Of a stretch of DNA of 64,000 nucleotides, positions 7,279 through 16,243 are shown one piece after another (the first letter of the stretch is position 1; the number at the start of each line of letters is the position of its first letter). The stretch comes from Marispirochaeta sp. (GTDB lineage: Bacteria > Spirochaetota > Spirochaetia > JC444 > Marispirochaetaceae). The notes below the pieces were generated by a model, which did no database searches, had not been told where the DNA came from, and saw only the letters and a program-made list of their open reading frames with translations. Location of the stretch: contig CAXXFF010000002.1 of the NCBI GenBank assembly GCA_963676835.2, positions 256,001 to 320,000 on the forward strand, read 5' to 3'. Made by a program: the position numbers and the translations under genes.

Positions 7279-9614
7279 TGCAGCTTCGGGAACTGGCAGA
7301 CAGAGCACGAAAGGCTTTTCTTCTCCGGGATCTTGAAACCTCCGAGCAGTTTGTTCTGCAGATGGCGGATCAGGCTCCCGGCCACCCGGGGATTTTTCTG
7401 TTTCTCGGCAATATCTATACTGCCATGGAAAAATTCAACAAAGCCATTCAGGCCTATCAACAGTCAATTGAACTTGATCCCGACAACCCGGAAGCCCATA
7501 ACAATATCGGCATTGTCTACCGCAGGGAAGAAAATTTCCCCGCCGCTGTGGGGGCCCTGGAACAGGCGAGAAAACTTGCACCCCAGAGAGCGGATATCTG
7601 GTACAACCTGGCAAATGTCTACAAACAGATGGAAGACCCCGATGAAGCCGAGGTCTACTACCGCAAGGCACTGGAACTGGATCCAAACCTTACCCGGGCC
7701 TTTAATAACCTGGGAAATCTGTATGAAACCCGGGGAATGCACGACCAGGCGAAAGAGCTTTACCGCCGGGGGCTGAAGAACGACCCCAACAACCCTACCT
7801 TAAGCTACAATCTGGGGATTACCTACCAGTCCATGGGCAAAGCACCGGAAGCAATCCGTTCATACCGGCAGGCACTGCGTTCACGGCCCAACTGGGTGGA
7901 TGGGCTGAATAACCTGGGAATACTGCTGGAAGAGACCGGAGAGTATGAGGAAGCCCGGCAGATGCTGGAAAGCGCTCTGAAGGTTGATTCCTCCAACCCC
8001 AGGATCAAAAATAATCTCGGTGTTGTTCTTGGTGCTATCGGGGATCACGAAAAAGCCAGGGAATACCTTCAGCAGGCAGTTAAAGCGGACCCGACCTACA
8101 CCACGGCGGTTATCAATCTGACCACAGAGATGGAGGAGCTCAACGATTCGGAAGGTGCCTGGGAAGAGCTTCAGCGGGTAAAGGCTGAAGAACCTTCCAA
8201 CCTGGAAATCCGCGAAAAAATCGCCAGGATTGCAGTCAAAAACGGAAAGCACAAACAGGCCAGGGAAGAAATTCGTTTTATCCTGGACCATAACCCCAAG
8301 GCAGGCTTTGCCTGGGCCCTGCTGGGGGATCTTTCCCTTGCAACAGGTAACCGCACAAAGGCCAGAGAAGCCTACAGCCGGGCCATAAACCTTTCTCCCG
8401 AAGATACTGACACGGCCCTCAACCTGGCCCTTCTGTATAAAGAGCTGAAAGAGTACAACCAGGCAATCGCCGTGGTAAGCGGTATCCTGGGTAAAAATCC
8501 CCGTCACTCCGGAGCACGGCTTCTTTTAGGAAAACTCTACCTGTACGAAAATCTCTACACGGAAGCACTGAGTATACTCTCGACCCTGTATGAAGATTTT
8601 CCCTACGACGAGGAACTGCTGGAAACGCTTATACGGGCACACCGGGGAGCGGGAAATAAAGAAGAGGCCCTGCGTTTTACCGAAGAGCTTATAAACCAGC
8701 AGGGACAGCGGGACAAGACACTGGACCTGGACAAGCTGGAACAGACCCTGGCCCTCTATGAAGAGACCGTCGAAGCCTACGCTGATGAACACGAACGCCG
8801 CTGGGAAGAGAACCTCAAACTGCTGATGAACAGCACAGAAACCGAAGCGGAACCGGAAGAGGTCCACGAAGAAGACAGCCTCTTTTTTGACAATATTCCT
8901 GATCTCGACCAGCCTGCGGAGATTATCGATGTGGGCGGCATAGAGCCGGTAATTGTCATCAACGAAGATGAGGAACGGCTGCGGCTGAAAGAGATGGAAG
9001 AGGAAATTCTCTCTCCACCGCCTGACTTCGAGAAGGAAGAGGAAGAAAAAAAACCGGCACCGCAAGCCCCGCCGGCTGCTCCGGCGGAAACCGGGGATTC
9101 AGGCTTTCCCGGAACCATCAATGTGAATGTGCAGAATCCGCCTCCTACCAACCGTATAGAGCTCGGTCTGTTACCAATCCCCGGATTGCGGACCCGCATC
9201 CGCCGCCATTTCTCCAGGAAAGGCCGTAAAGCAGATGAGGCAATGGAAGAGCTTCTTCCCGAAGAGGAAGAAACTCCGGCAGATTTGCTTCGCTACCTGG
9301 AGGATCTCACGGAATTTCTGCCCGAAGACAAACGGAAGGATTTTGAACAGAGCGAAATGCGTCTGCGCATGGAAGCCCTCCTGGACAGACTTGAAGGAAA
9401 ACCCACATTGAGACAACAGGCTGAAACAATGCAGCAAGAACCTGATCAGGAGAGTCCTGAAATCAGCTTGAATCCCGAGTCAATCAGCAGTACCCTCTCC
9501 TTTATGGGAGATCTTTCAACCTACCTTCCAGATCCGGACATTGGTGTTGCCCTGCATCACAAAATTGCCGATATACTGAAAACTATGAAGCGAGACAGCC
9601 ATGGAATCACATAA
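7278..9614 (+). CDS. Tetratricopeptide repeat protein with an acidic C-terminal region
   Basis: Many TPR motifs (AHNNIG, WYNLA, AFNNLG, YNLG, LNNLG); GTG start overlapping the previous stop. Confidence 0.9.
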   Translation: MQLRELADRARKAFLLRDLETSEQFVLQMADQAPGHPGIFLFLGNIYTAMEKFNKAIQAYQQSIELDPDNPEAHNNIGIVYRREENFPAAVGALEQARKLAPQRADIWYNLANVYKQMEDPDEAEVYYRKALELDPNLTRAFNNLGNLYETRGMHDQAKELYRRGLKNDPNNPTLSYNLGITYQSMGKAPEAIRSYRQALRSRPNWVDGLNNLGILLEETGEYEEARQMLESALKVDSSNPRIKNNLGVVLGAIGDHEKAREYLQQAVKADPTYTTAVINLTTEMEELNDSEGAWEELQRVKAEEPSNLEIREKIARIAVKNGKHKQAREEIRFILDHNPKAGFAWALLGDLSLATGNRTKAREAYSRAINLSPEDTDTALNLALLYKELKEYNQAIAVVSGILGKNPRHSGARLLLGKLYLYENLYTEALSILSTLYEDFPYDEELLETLIRAHRGAGNKEEALRFTEELINQQGQRDKTLDLDKLEQTLALYEETVEAYADEHERRWEENLKLLMNSTETEAEPEEVHEEDSLFFDNIPDLDQPAEIIDVGGIEPVIVINEDEERLRLKEMEEEILSPPPDFEKEEEEKKPAPQAPPAAPAETGDSGFPGTINVNVQNPPPTNRIELGLLPIPGLRTRIRRHFSRKGRKADEAMEELLPEEEETPADLLRYLEDLTEFLPEDKRKDFEQSEMRLRMEALLDRLEGKPTLRQQAETMQQEPDQESPEISLNPESISSTLSFMGDLSTYLPDPDIGVALHHKIADILKTMKRDSHGIT

Positions 9615-10476
9615 AAAAAACTATCTCTACGCCCTGAAAGTCTACATCGACAAAATGCCAAGTCTCCCGACCAGTGTGACTAAAATTCTTGAGATATCCA
9701 ACGACAAGGACGCCTCCCCTGCCGACCTTAACCAGGTAATCAGCCTGGATCCGGTTCTCATGGGAAAGGTGATGAAACTTATAAACTCAGCCTATTACGG
9801 ACTCTCCCAGGAAATAACCTCCCTGGTACGGGCCATTATCATGCTGGGAATAAACACTGTAAAAAACCTGGCCCTGAGTACTGCCGTACTTGCGAACTTG
9901 GGTAAAGGATCTTCCGAAAAGGGGCTGAACATGGACGGCTTCTGGCGGCACAGCCTCTGCGTAGGAGTTACCGCCAAGCTGATCGCCCGGAAACTGAAAG
10001 TGGATCCCAAAAGGCTGGAAGAGTATTTTATGGCGGGGCTTCTCCACGATATTGGCAAAATCCCCCTGAACAACCGCCTTGCCGATCCCTATGTTCAGTC
10101 CATGCAGAAAGCGGATATACAGCACGTGCCCCTCATTCAGGCGGAAAAAGAGGTGATAGGCCTGCACCACTGCGAAGTAGCAAAAATTATCCTGCAGCGC
10201 TGGAAACTCAACCAGGAAATACAGGATGCTGTAACCTATCACCATGCCCCGTTAAGCTATGAAGGCTCAAACCGCTCCATAGTATTTGCGGTAACCGCAG
10301 CCAACTATTTTGCCAACTCCTTTGAAATAGGCTTTGCCGGCGACCGGTATCCCTTGAAAGTACCTCCCGAGGTTTTTAAAGAGATCGGGGTCTCCATGGA
10401 CTGGTTTGACGACATAGAAGAACAGGTAAACAGCGAAATAGAAAAAGCGCGTATTTTTCTTAAAATTGCTACCTGA
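9601..10476 (+). CDS. HDOD domain protein
   Basis: MPSLP, DPVL..KVMKLINSAYYG, FWRHS, GLLHDIGK, HH motifs. Confidence 0.92.
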   Translation: MESHKKNYLYALKVYIDKMPSLPTSVTKILEISNDKDASPADLNQVISLDPVLMGKVMKLINSAYYGLSQEITSLVRAIIMLGINTVKNLALSTAVLANLGKGSSEKGLNMDGFWRHSLCVGVTAKLIARKLKVDPKRLEEYFMAGLLHDIGKIPLNNRLADPYVQSMQKADIQHVPLIQAEKEVIGLHHCEVAKIILQRWKLNQEIQDAVTYHHAPLSYEGSNRSIVFAVTAANYFANSFEIGFAGDRYPLKVPPEVFKEIGVSMDWFDDIEEQVNSEIEKARIFLKIAT

Positions 10477-10519
10477 GATACCTGCAATAATGAGGTAAGG
10501 TAACAAGAGGACATTTTTT

Positions 10520-11446
10520 ATGATGAAGTTACGTTTTTGGGGTGTCCGGGGCTCGATCCCCTGCCCGGGAGAAACTACCGTAGGCTATGGTGGAAATACC
10601 GCCTGTATTGAACTGCGGGTGGGAACAGAAGAAAAGCTCTATATAATAGATGCAGGTTCCGGTATACGGTCTCTGGGTAACTATCTGATGCAGCATGATC
10701 TCCCTAAAGGCCCCATAGATACCTCCATCTTCCTCTCACATACCCACTGGGACCATATAATGGGCTTTCCCTTTTTTGTTCCCATATTTATTCCCAGTTC
10801 GCGCATCAAAATTTACGGCCCCGTCACCTACGAAGAAGAAGGTCTCGCGGAAATTGTAGGAGGACAGCTTTCCTACCGGTATTTCCCGGTAAAACACTCC
10901 GAGCTTGCGGCAAACATAAGCTATCACCCCATGCGTGAGAGCTCCCTGGACCTGGGCGAAGGTCTCTGGCTGACCACCAAATACCTGAACCATCCCATCC
11001 TCTGCCTGGGATACCGTTTTGAATACCAGGGGAAGGTAATATGTACCGCCTACGATACGGAGCCCTTCCGCAATGTGTTCCCCACAAACCCGGATGATCC
11101 CGGATACGACCCAATTGCCGCAGAAGAGGGAGAACGGGCGGCAGCGGAGGAAAACGAAAAGGTCCTGCGCTTTTTTCAGGGAGCAGACCTGCTCATCCAC
11201 GATACCCAGTATACCCAGCAGGAGTATCTGGATTCAAAGCTGGGCTGGGGACATTCAACCTTTGAATACGCAATAAACAACGCACACAAGGCCGGAGTCA
11301 AACACCTCGTGCTCTTCCATCACGATCCCATGCGCACCGATGCCCAGCTGGACTCCCTGATTGATGATTACCGTTCCCGGATCAAAGGCAAAACCAACAT
11401 GAAGATTGAAGGCGCCCGGGAAGGAATGGAAATAATTCTGGACTAA
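10520..11446 (+). CDS. MBL-fold metallohydrolase (putative cyclic-nucleotide phosphodiesterase)
   Basis: FWGVRGS, GGNTAC, IIDAGSG, SHTHWDH, GWGHS, LFHHDP motifs. Confidence 0.88.
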   Translation: MMKLRFWGVRGSIPCPGETTVGYGGNTACIELRVGTEEKLYIIDAGSGIRSLGNYLMQHDLPKGPIDTSIFLSHTHWDHIMGFPFFVPIFIPSSRIKIYGPVTYEEEGLAEIVGGQLSYRYFPVKHSELAANISYHPMRESSLDLGEGLWLTTKYLNHPILCLGYRFEYQGKVICTAYDTEPFRNVFPTNPDDPGYDPIAAEEGERAAAEENEKVLRFFQGADLLIHDTQYTQQEYLDSKLGWGHSTFEYAINNAHKAGVKHLVLFHHDPMRTDAQLDSLIDDYRSRIKGKTNMKIEGAREGMEIILD

Positions 11447-11459
11447 GGAGCCGACTGTT

Positions 11460-13982
11460 ATGCCCAATCGTCCCCCGGAACGCTATGAGCCGGGAGAACT
11501 CGACCGCACCCGCAGCAATCTCGGCAATCTCACAGAGGACGAAGCCCGGGAAATGGCACGGGTCCTCAATGGTGAGATAGGCGTTGAACGGGCAGCCCCG
11601 GCAATTCAGGAGCAGTACCGCAGGCTTCAGCAGCTGAACCGCCGGAACGGCGAAACAGTTATCTATAACACCCCCCGCAAAAGCGGAACAGAGCAGCTGT
11701 CCCGTCAGAAAACTGCAAAAGCGGTAAAAGCCATAAGCGAACGGCAGCCCGGTTTTTTTGACCGGGTACGCACCAATTTCTGGGCAGCATCATCTTCGCA
11801 TACTATCATTCCCCGGCTCCACGCCATGGGCAGCCTGGTTTCCTTCATTGTGCCGATTCACGAACGCCTTCATCCCGGGTTTATCCTCAAGGGGGACAGA
11901 ATATTCTATGGGCACCTGGAACGATTTGTTCTGGCAGTCCGCTCTCTGATGTCTATAAACCGCAGAGAAGAGGTTCCGTCCCTCATGGATGCTTACAGTC
12001 TTAAAGTACTGTCACTGCTTCGACAGTGGGATATAGAAACGGTTCACCGGGAACTCAGCGTGCTGCAGCGTTCCCCCAGAAATCAACCGGTTGAATCGGC
12101 GGTACGGCTCTGTAAAGCCCTCTACCGGCCCATGTTCCAGCTGTCATCCCTTGATCCGTCTCAGCATATTATTCCCATTATCAAACGCCTTTTTGATCTG
12201 GACCTCATGGCCTACCCCCCGGACTCCCGGGAAGCGGATAAGATAAAACAGATTGGCATAACCCTGAAGAATGAGCTGTTTCACCTTTTTTTCGACGTAA
12301 AACGCTCCTGCGCCCCCCTGCTGGTAAAGCTTTCGGCAATACCCTACGCACCGTATCCGGAGGTCTTTGATTACTACAGAACCAGAATCCTGAAATTTCT
12401 GGAACTGGATGCCGGAGATCTGATTCCCCTGGAATCAGACAACCTTGAAGGCGACATCCTGCTGGATGAGAATGAACCGGAAGATGAAGAACCTGTTGAA
12501 GCGGAGACCGCAGGGGACGGGGAAGCTGAAGAAACAAGCGAATCTTTTTTACCGGAAGGCATCCCCGAAGCCTACGAGTTTCTGGGCAGGATGTTCCCGC
12601 AAAGCGGGCTTGAACGGCCGGAGAACTTTCCAGACCTCTTCAGTTATTTCAAACCGATAGTCAGCTTCCAGAAAAATACCGATCTTTTTCATCCGGAAAA
12701 TCCTGTTCATCAGGTGGCAGTTCTCCTGGCAATCCTTCAGGATATGCTCTACGGATTCCGTCAGATCATTTTTTCGGAAATAATGGATGAAGATGAAAAT
12801 GCCCGGGAAATACAGAGCGAGATTGACCAGCACCTGGCCCGCTGGCACCGTCTTCTGGACGAACTGGTCTGCGGCCGGATCCTCACCGAACTGGTGGATT
12901 ACTGCAGGCAGATAGAGCGGTCTCCCGATTACCGCAGCAGTGAAACCGGCCTGAAACAGGAAAACAGTATCCGGGTACGAATTCAGCAGAGCATCCTGCC
13001 CCATCTTGATGTGCCGGCCATACGACTGGGAAACCGGGGCAACGACCGGGGTCTGCCGGAACTTTACCTGGCGGTGGCGGAGTTCCATCGCCTGCTGAAA
13101 GATACTCTGTATACCGATCCGGAGACCGGCAAATCAGGCATGCGCAACCCCAGCTCTCCATTCCATTTTGAGATTGAGAATTTCATCACATCCCGATTCC
13201 GCAGATATCTGCGCAAGAAAGGGCTTCCCCAGGACAACCGCCATCTGGTTTGCTACACCAGCCTGCTTCTGGGGCTGCTGGATTATCTTCTGAACAGTCC
13301 GGTGAGTCATCTCTACAAAACATCGCACTTTCCTCTCTACCGCTTTGAAAAGGGCCATAAAGAGATTCCCATTTATTCTGTTCAGGAACTTCAGACAGAG
13401 AGAATAATCGAAAGCAGTGATATTGAACTAACCCCTCCGGAAGAGTTCCTTGAAGGGGGCGGACAGAAGAGCCGGGATAAGGTTTCCGGTCTGCATAAAA
13501 GCCGACTGTACCCGGAAAAAATAAAAGCCGCCGTTGAAGAGTTTCACGATTCAGGCAAGCAGGTGAGTATCGCAATAATTTCCATTCCGGAGTTGAGAAT
13601 TCTTGAGCCGGGAACCAGGGACGATAACCTCAGGGTGATCGGTCATACAATCCGGGGCGAAATCCGTGAGTATTCAGATATTCCCTTCCGCCTTGATGAC
13701 GACACCATTCCTGTTGTACTGCCGGAAACAGACAGCGCCAGTGCGGTTCTCTTCTGCAAGCGGCTTATTTTAGCTGTTCAGAAAAAGCTCCCCCAGACAG
13801 GGGTCCATATAGGGGTAGCAAGCTATCACCCCACCTGGAGTGCCGGCAAGTTCATTAAAACCGCTGCACGGACAGCCGCAGAAGCTGAACGCCGCAAGGC
13901 ACCGGTTATACTGGTCTATCAGGAAGCGGATGCATCTTTTGAGGAGGTCATTATGCAGAAGAGACCTTCAAACGGGGCTTGA
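11460..13982 (+). CDS. Large conserved spirochaete-type protein with a C-terminal degenerate GGDEF-like domain
   Basis: C-terminal RDKVSGL...DIPFRLDDDTIPVVLPETD...HIGVA follows the GGDEF fold pattern but lacks the GG(D/E)EF motif. Confidence 0.65.
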   Translation: MPNRPPERYEPGELDRTRSNLGNLTEDEAREMARVLNGEIGVERAAPAIQEQYRRLQQLNRRNGETVIYNTPRKSGTEQLSRQKTAKAVKAISERQPGFFDRVRTNFWAASSSHTIIPRLHAMGSLVSFIVPIHERLHPGFILKGDRIFYGHLERFVLAVRSLMSINRREEVPSLMDAYSLKVLSLLRQWDIETVHRELSVLQRSPRNQPVESAVRLCKALYRPMFQLSSLDPSQHIIPIIKRLFDLDLMAYPPDSREADKIKQIGITLKNELFHLFFDVKRSCAPLLVKLSAIPYAPYPEVFDYYRTRILKFLELDAGDLIPLESDNLEGDILLDENEPEDEEPVEAETAGDGEAEETSESFLPEGIPEAYEFLGRMFPQSGLERPENFPDLFSYFKPIVSFQKNTDLFHPENPVHQVAVLLAILQDMLYGFRQIIFSEIMDEDENAREIQSEIDQHLARWHRLLDELVCGRILTELVDYCRQIERSPDYRSSETGLKQENSIRVRIQQSILPHLDVPAIRLGNRGNDRGLPELYLAVAEFHRLLKDTLYTDPETGKSGMRNPSSPFHFEIENFITSRFRRYLRKKGLPQDNRHLVCYTSLLLGLLDYLLNSPVSHLYKTSHFPLYRFEKGHKEIPIYSVQELQTERIIESSDIELTPPEEFLEGGGQKSRDKVSGLHKSRLYPEKIKAAVEEFHDSGKQVSIAIISIPELRILEPGTRDDNLRVIGHTIRGEIREYSDIPFRLDDDTIPVVLPETDSASAVLFCKRLILAVQKKLPQTGVHIGVASYHPTWSAGKFIKTAARTAAEAERRKAPVILVYQEADASFEEVIMQKRPSNGA

Positions 13983-13984
13983 AG

Positions 13985-14821
13985 CTATACCTCCGAGCCC
14001 TTCTCCAGCTTTGCGGTAAACAGTTCCGCTGCGCGACCTTCCAGCCCGTGGGCTTCTCCCCGGGTCATTCTCCTCAAGGCTTCAAGCTCTTCTGATGAGA
14101 ACCGGGCACTGCCGACAATGTAATCCCGGAAAGCCCCGCAGGCGATGGGCGCCACTTTTTCGGTAATTTCAAGAATAGCCTCCGCATAGAGGCGGATTTC
14201 ACGCTGAGCATGAGGGTCCAGCCTCAAACGAAGAAAATGGAAAAGATTATGCAGATCCATCTGCCAATACCATTCGGTATACAGACTGAGAGGAAGGTTT
14301 ATGCGGGCAAGTTCCCGGGCTATGCCGTCATCCAGCAGTTCTGAATACTCTTCGTAGGAACGTTTCTGCCCTTCCGCAAAGAAAGCTCTCACCTTCTCAG
14401 CTTCCGCCGGAGCCAGGGGTTCTTCGGTACGGCCCTGCTTGTTGTTTTCGCTCTGAGCGGAGACATCCTCCGGTGCAGGGACGTAGAACTCATCTTTCAT
14501 TACCGAATAACGTCCTGAAATTTCGTTCAGACGGGCAGTCCGATGCCGTATCCACTGACGGGCGACAAAGATTGGCATCTTTACATGAAAGGTAAGCACC
14601 ACCTGCTCAAAAGGACTGGTATGGTCATTCCGCAGAAGATAGGTGATAAGCCCCTTGTCCTGACGGTAACTTTTGGTGCCTTCACCATAGCTGACCCTGG
14701 CAGCCTGAACTATACGGTCATCGCCTCCCATATAGTCAACCAGCCGGATAAAACCCTTATCCAGAACGGGAAATTCCTTATCCAATATTGCATCTGCTTC
14801 AGCTACGGTACAGCGGGCCAT
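13985..14821 (-). CDS. thyX: FAD-dependent thymidylate synthase
   Basis: AARVSY, HTSPFE, RQWIRHR...NEISGRY ThyX motif, HAQREIR. Confidence 0.97.
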   Translation of the reverse strand: MARCTVAEADAILDKEFPVLDKGFIRLVDYMGGDDRIVQAARVSYGEGTKSYRQDKGLITYLLRNDHTSPFEQVVLTFHVKMPIFVARQWIRHRTARLNEISGRYSVMKDEFYVPAPEDVSAQSENNKQGRTEEPLAPAEAEKVRAFFAEGQKRSYEEYSELLDDGIARELARINLPLSLYTEWYWQMDLHNLFHFLRLRLDPHAQREIRLYAEAILEITEKVAPIACGAFRDYIVGSARFSSEELEALRRMTRGEAHGLEGRAAELFTAKLEKGSEV

Positions 14822-14931
14822 TTGATTCCTCGTAATAAAAATGATTACCCACTATACCCCAAATACCATCTTTTTACACCCTATGCGTAAAAACCGTACT
14901 AGGGTAGACTTGCCCCAAGGAGACGATATTA

Positions 14932-15414
14932 ATGAAGATTGCCGAAAATACCGTTGTTACCATGGACTATAAACTTTCTGAAGTCGACGGAGGGATCCTC
15001 GAGCAGAGTGACCCGGATGAAAACTTTGCGTACCTCCACGGGCACGGTCAGCTCCCGGAGAAACTGGAAGCGGAACTTGAGGGCAAAGAGGCAGGAGCAC
15101 ATATTAAACTGAACATGACCCCCGAGGACGGATTCGGCGAGCGGGATGAAAACCAGATTATTACCGTTCCCAGGGACAATTTTCCGGAAGACGAAGAGCT
15201 TACTGAAGGCCTCCAGGTAGAAGCTGAAACCCAGAACGGACACCAGATATTTTCCATTATTAAAATAGAAGACGACACGGTAACCCTGGATGGAAATCAT
15301 CCCTATGCCGGCATGAACCTTACCTTCGAGGTAACCGTCACCGAGATCCGGGAAGCTACAGAATCAGAGCTGGAACACGGCCACGCCCACTCAGGAGATC
15401 ATCATCACCACTAA
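14932..15414 (+). CDS. slyD: FKBP-type peptidyl-prolyl cis-trans isomerase with His-rich tail
   Basis: YLHG, DGNHPYAG.NLTFEV, REAT..ELEHGHAHSGDHHHH. Confidence 0.95.
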   Translation: MKIAENTVVTMDYKLSEVDGGILEQSDPDENFAYLHGHGQLPEKLEAELEGKEAGAHIKLNMTPEDGFGERDENQIITVPRDNFPEDEELTEGLQVEAETQNGHQIFSIIKIEDDTVTLDGNHPYAGMNLTFEVTVTEIREATESELEHGHAHSGDHHHH

Positions 15415-15509
15415 TATCTGATGAGCCTGTGGATAATCCATACTGACCATACTAAAAGGTGACAAATCCGCCGGACAGGGATGTTGTATAAGAAAAGGAG
15501 TCCATCACA

Positions 15510-16232
15510 ATGCACAGAAAACGGACAGCTCTTTTACTTTTTTCACTCATCCTGCCGGCACTCATTCTGCCCTCTGCCATTTATGCAAAGGGCTCCATGG
15601 ACCGGGATACAGCGGCAGACAGCTTAAGCGGAATTACCCGTGTACGGTTTTCCGCCCCGGGTACCCTTTTTATAAACCAGGGAAGCAGCGAACAGCTGGA
15701 AACAGATCCGGAAAGGCTCAGCTGGAAGTTCCTGGATCTTGAAATTAATGGAAACGAACTGATTATCCGGAAGAAACCGGTACTCTTCAGCTTTACCCGG
15801 CACAGAGTTCAAATCTATCTTACCCTTAAAAATATAGAATCAGTCCTGACTACCGGCCCGGGGGATATAAAGATTGGCACGGTGAAAAGCACCGAGCTTT
15901 TCCTGGGATCAGACTCTTCAGGAGATATTCAGCTTGAGTCCATGGAAGGAGAATTCCTGGATGTAAAACTGACCAGCTCCGGCGACGTCACCGTTCTTTC
16001 CGGGGACGTCACCAGCCAGAGAATCAGCTGTTCCAGCTCCGGCGACTACCGGGGCGAAGGACTCAAAACAAAGACTGCAGAAATAAGCCTCTCAAGCAGT
16101 GGGAACGCCGACATAACAACCAGCACCAGACTCACAGCCAGGCTTTCTTCCTCCGGAGATCTGCGGCTGCAGGGTTCTCCTGTCATAGACTCCCTGGAAC
16201 TGACAAGCTCAGGCAGACTCCGGCGGAACTAG
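15510..16232 (+). CDS. Exported GIN/DUF2807 beta-helix (adhesin-like) protein
   Basis: Signal-peptide-like N-terminus; repeated SSGD motifs at about 19-aa spacing. Confidence 0.8.
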   Translation: MHRKRTALLLFSLILPALILPSAIYAKGSMDRDTAADSLSGITRVRFSAPGTLFINQGSSEQLETDPERLSWKFLDLEINGNELIIRKKPVLFSFTRHRVQIYLTLKNIESVLTTGPGDIKIGTVKSTELFLGSDSSGDIQLESMEGEFLDVKLTSSGDVTVLSGDVTSQRISCSSSGDYRGEGLKTKTAEISLSSSGNADITTSTRLTARLSSSGDLRLQGSPVIDSLELTSSGRLRRN

Positions 16233-16243
16233 GCTCCAAAAAA

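Noticed and set aside
15428..15436. Perfect DnaA box TGTGGATAA
   Set aside because: Single copy with no cluster or oriC genes; another copy lies inside a CDS near 24640, consistent with chance.
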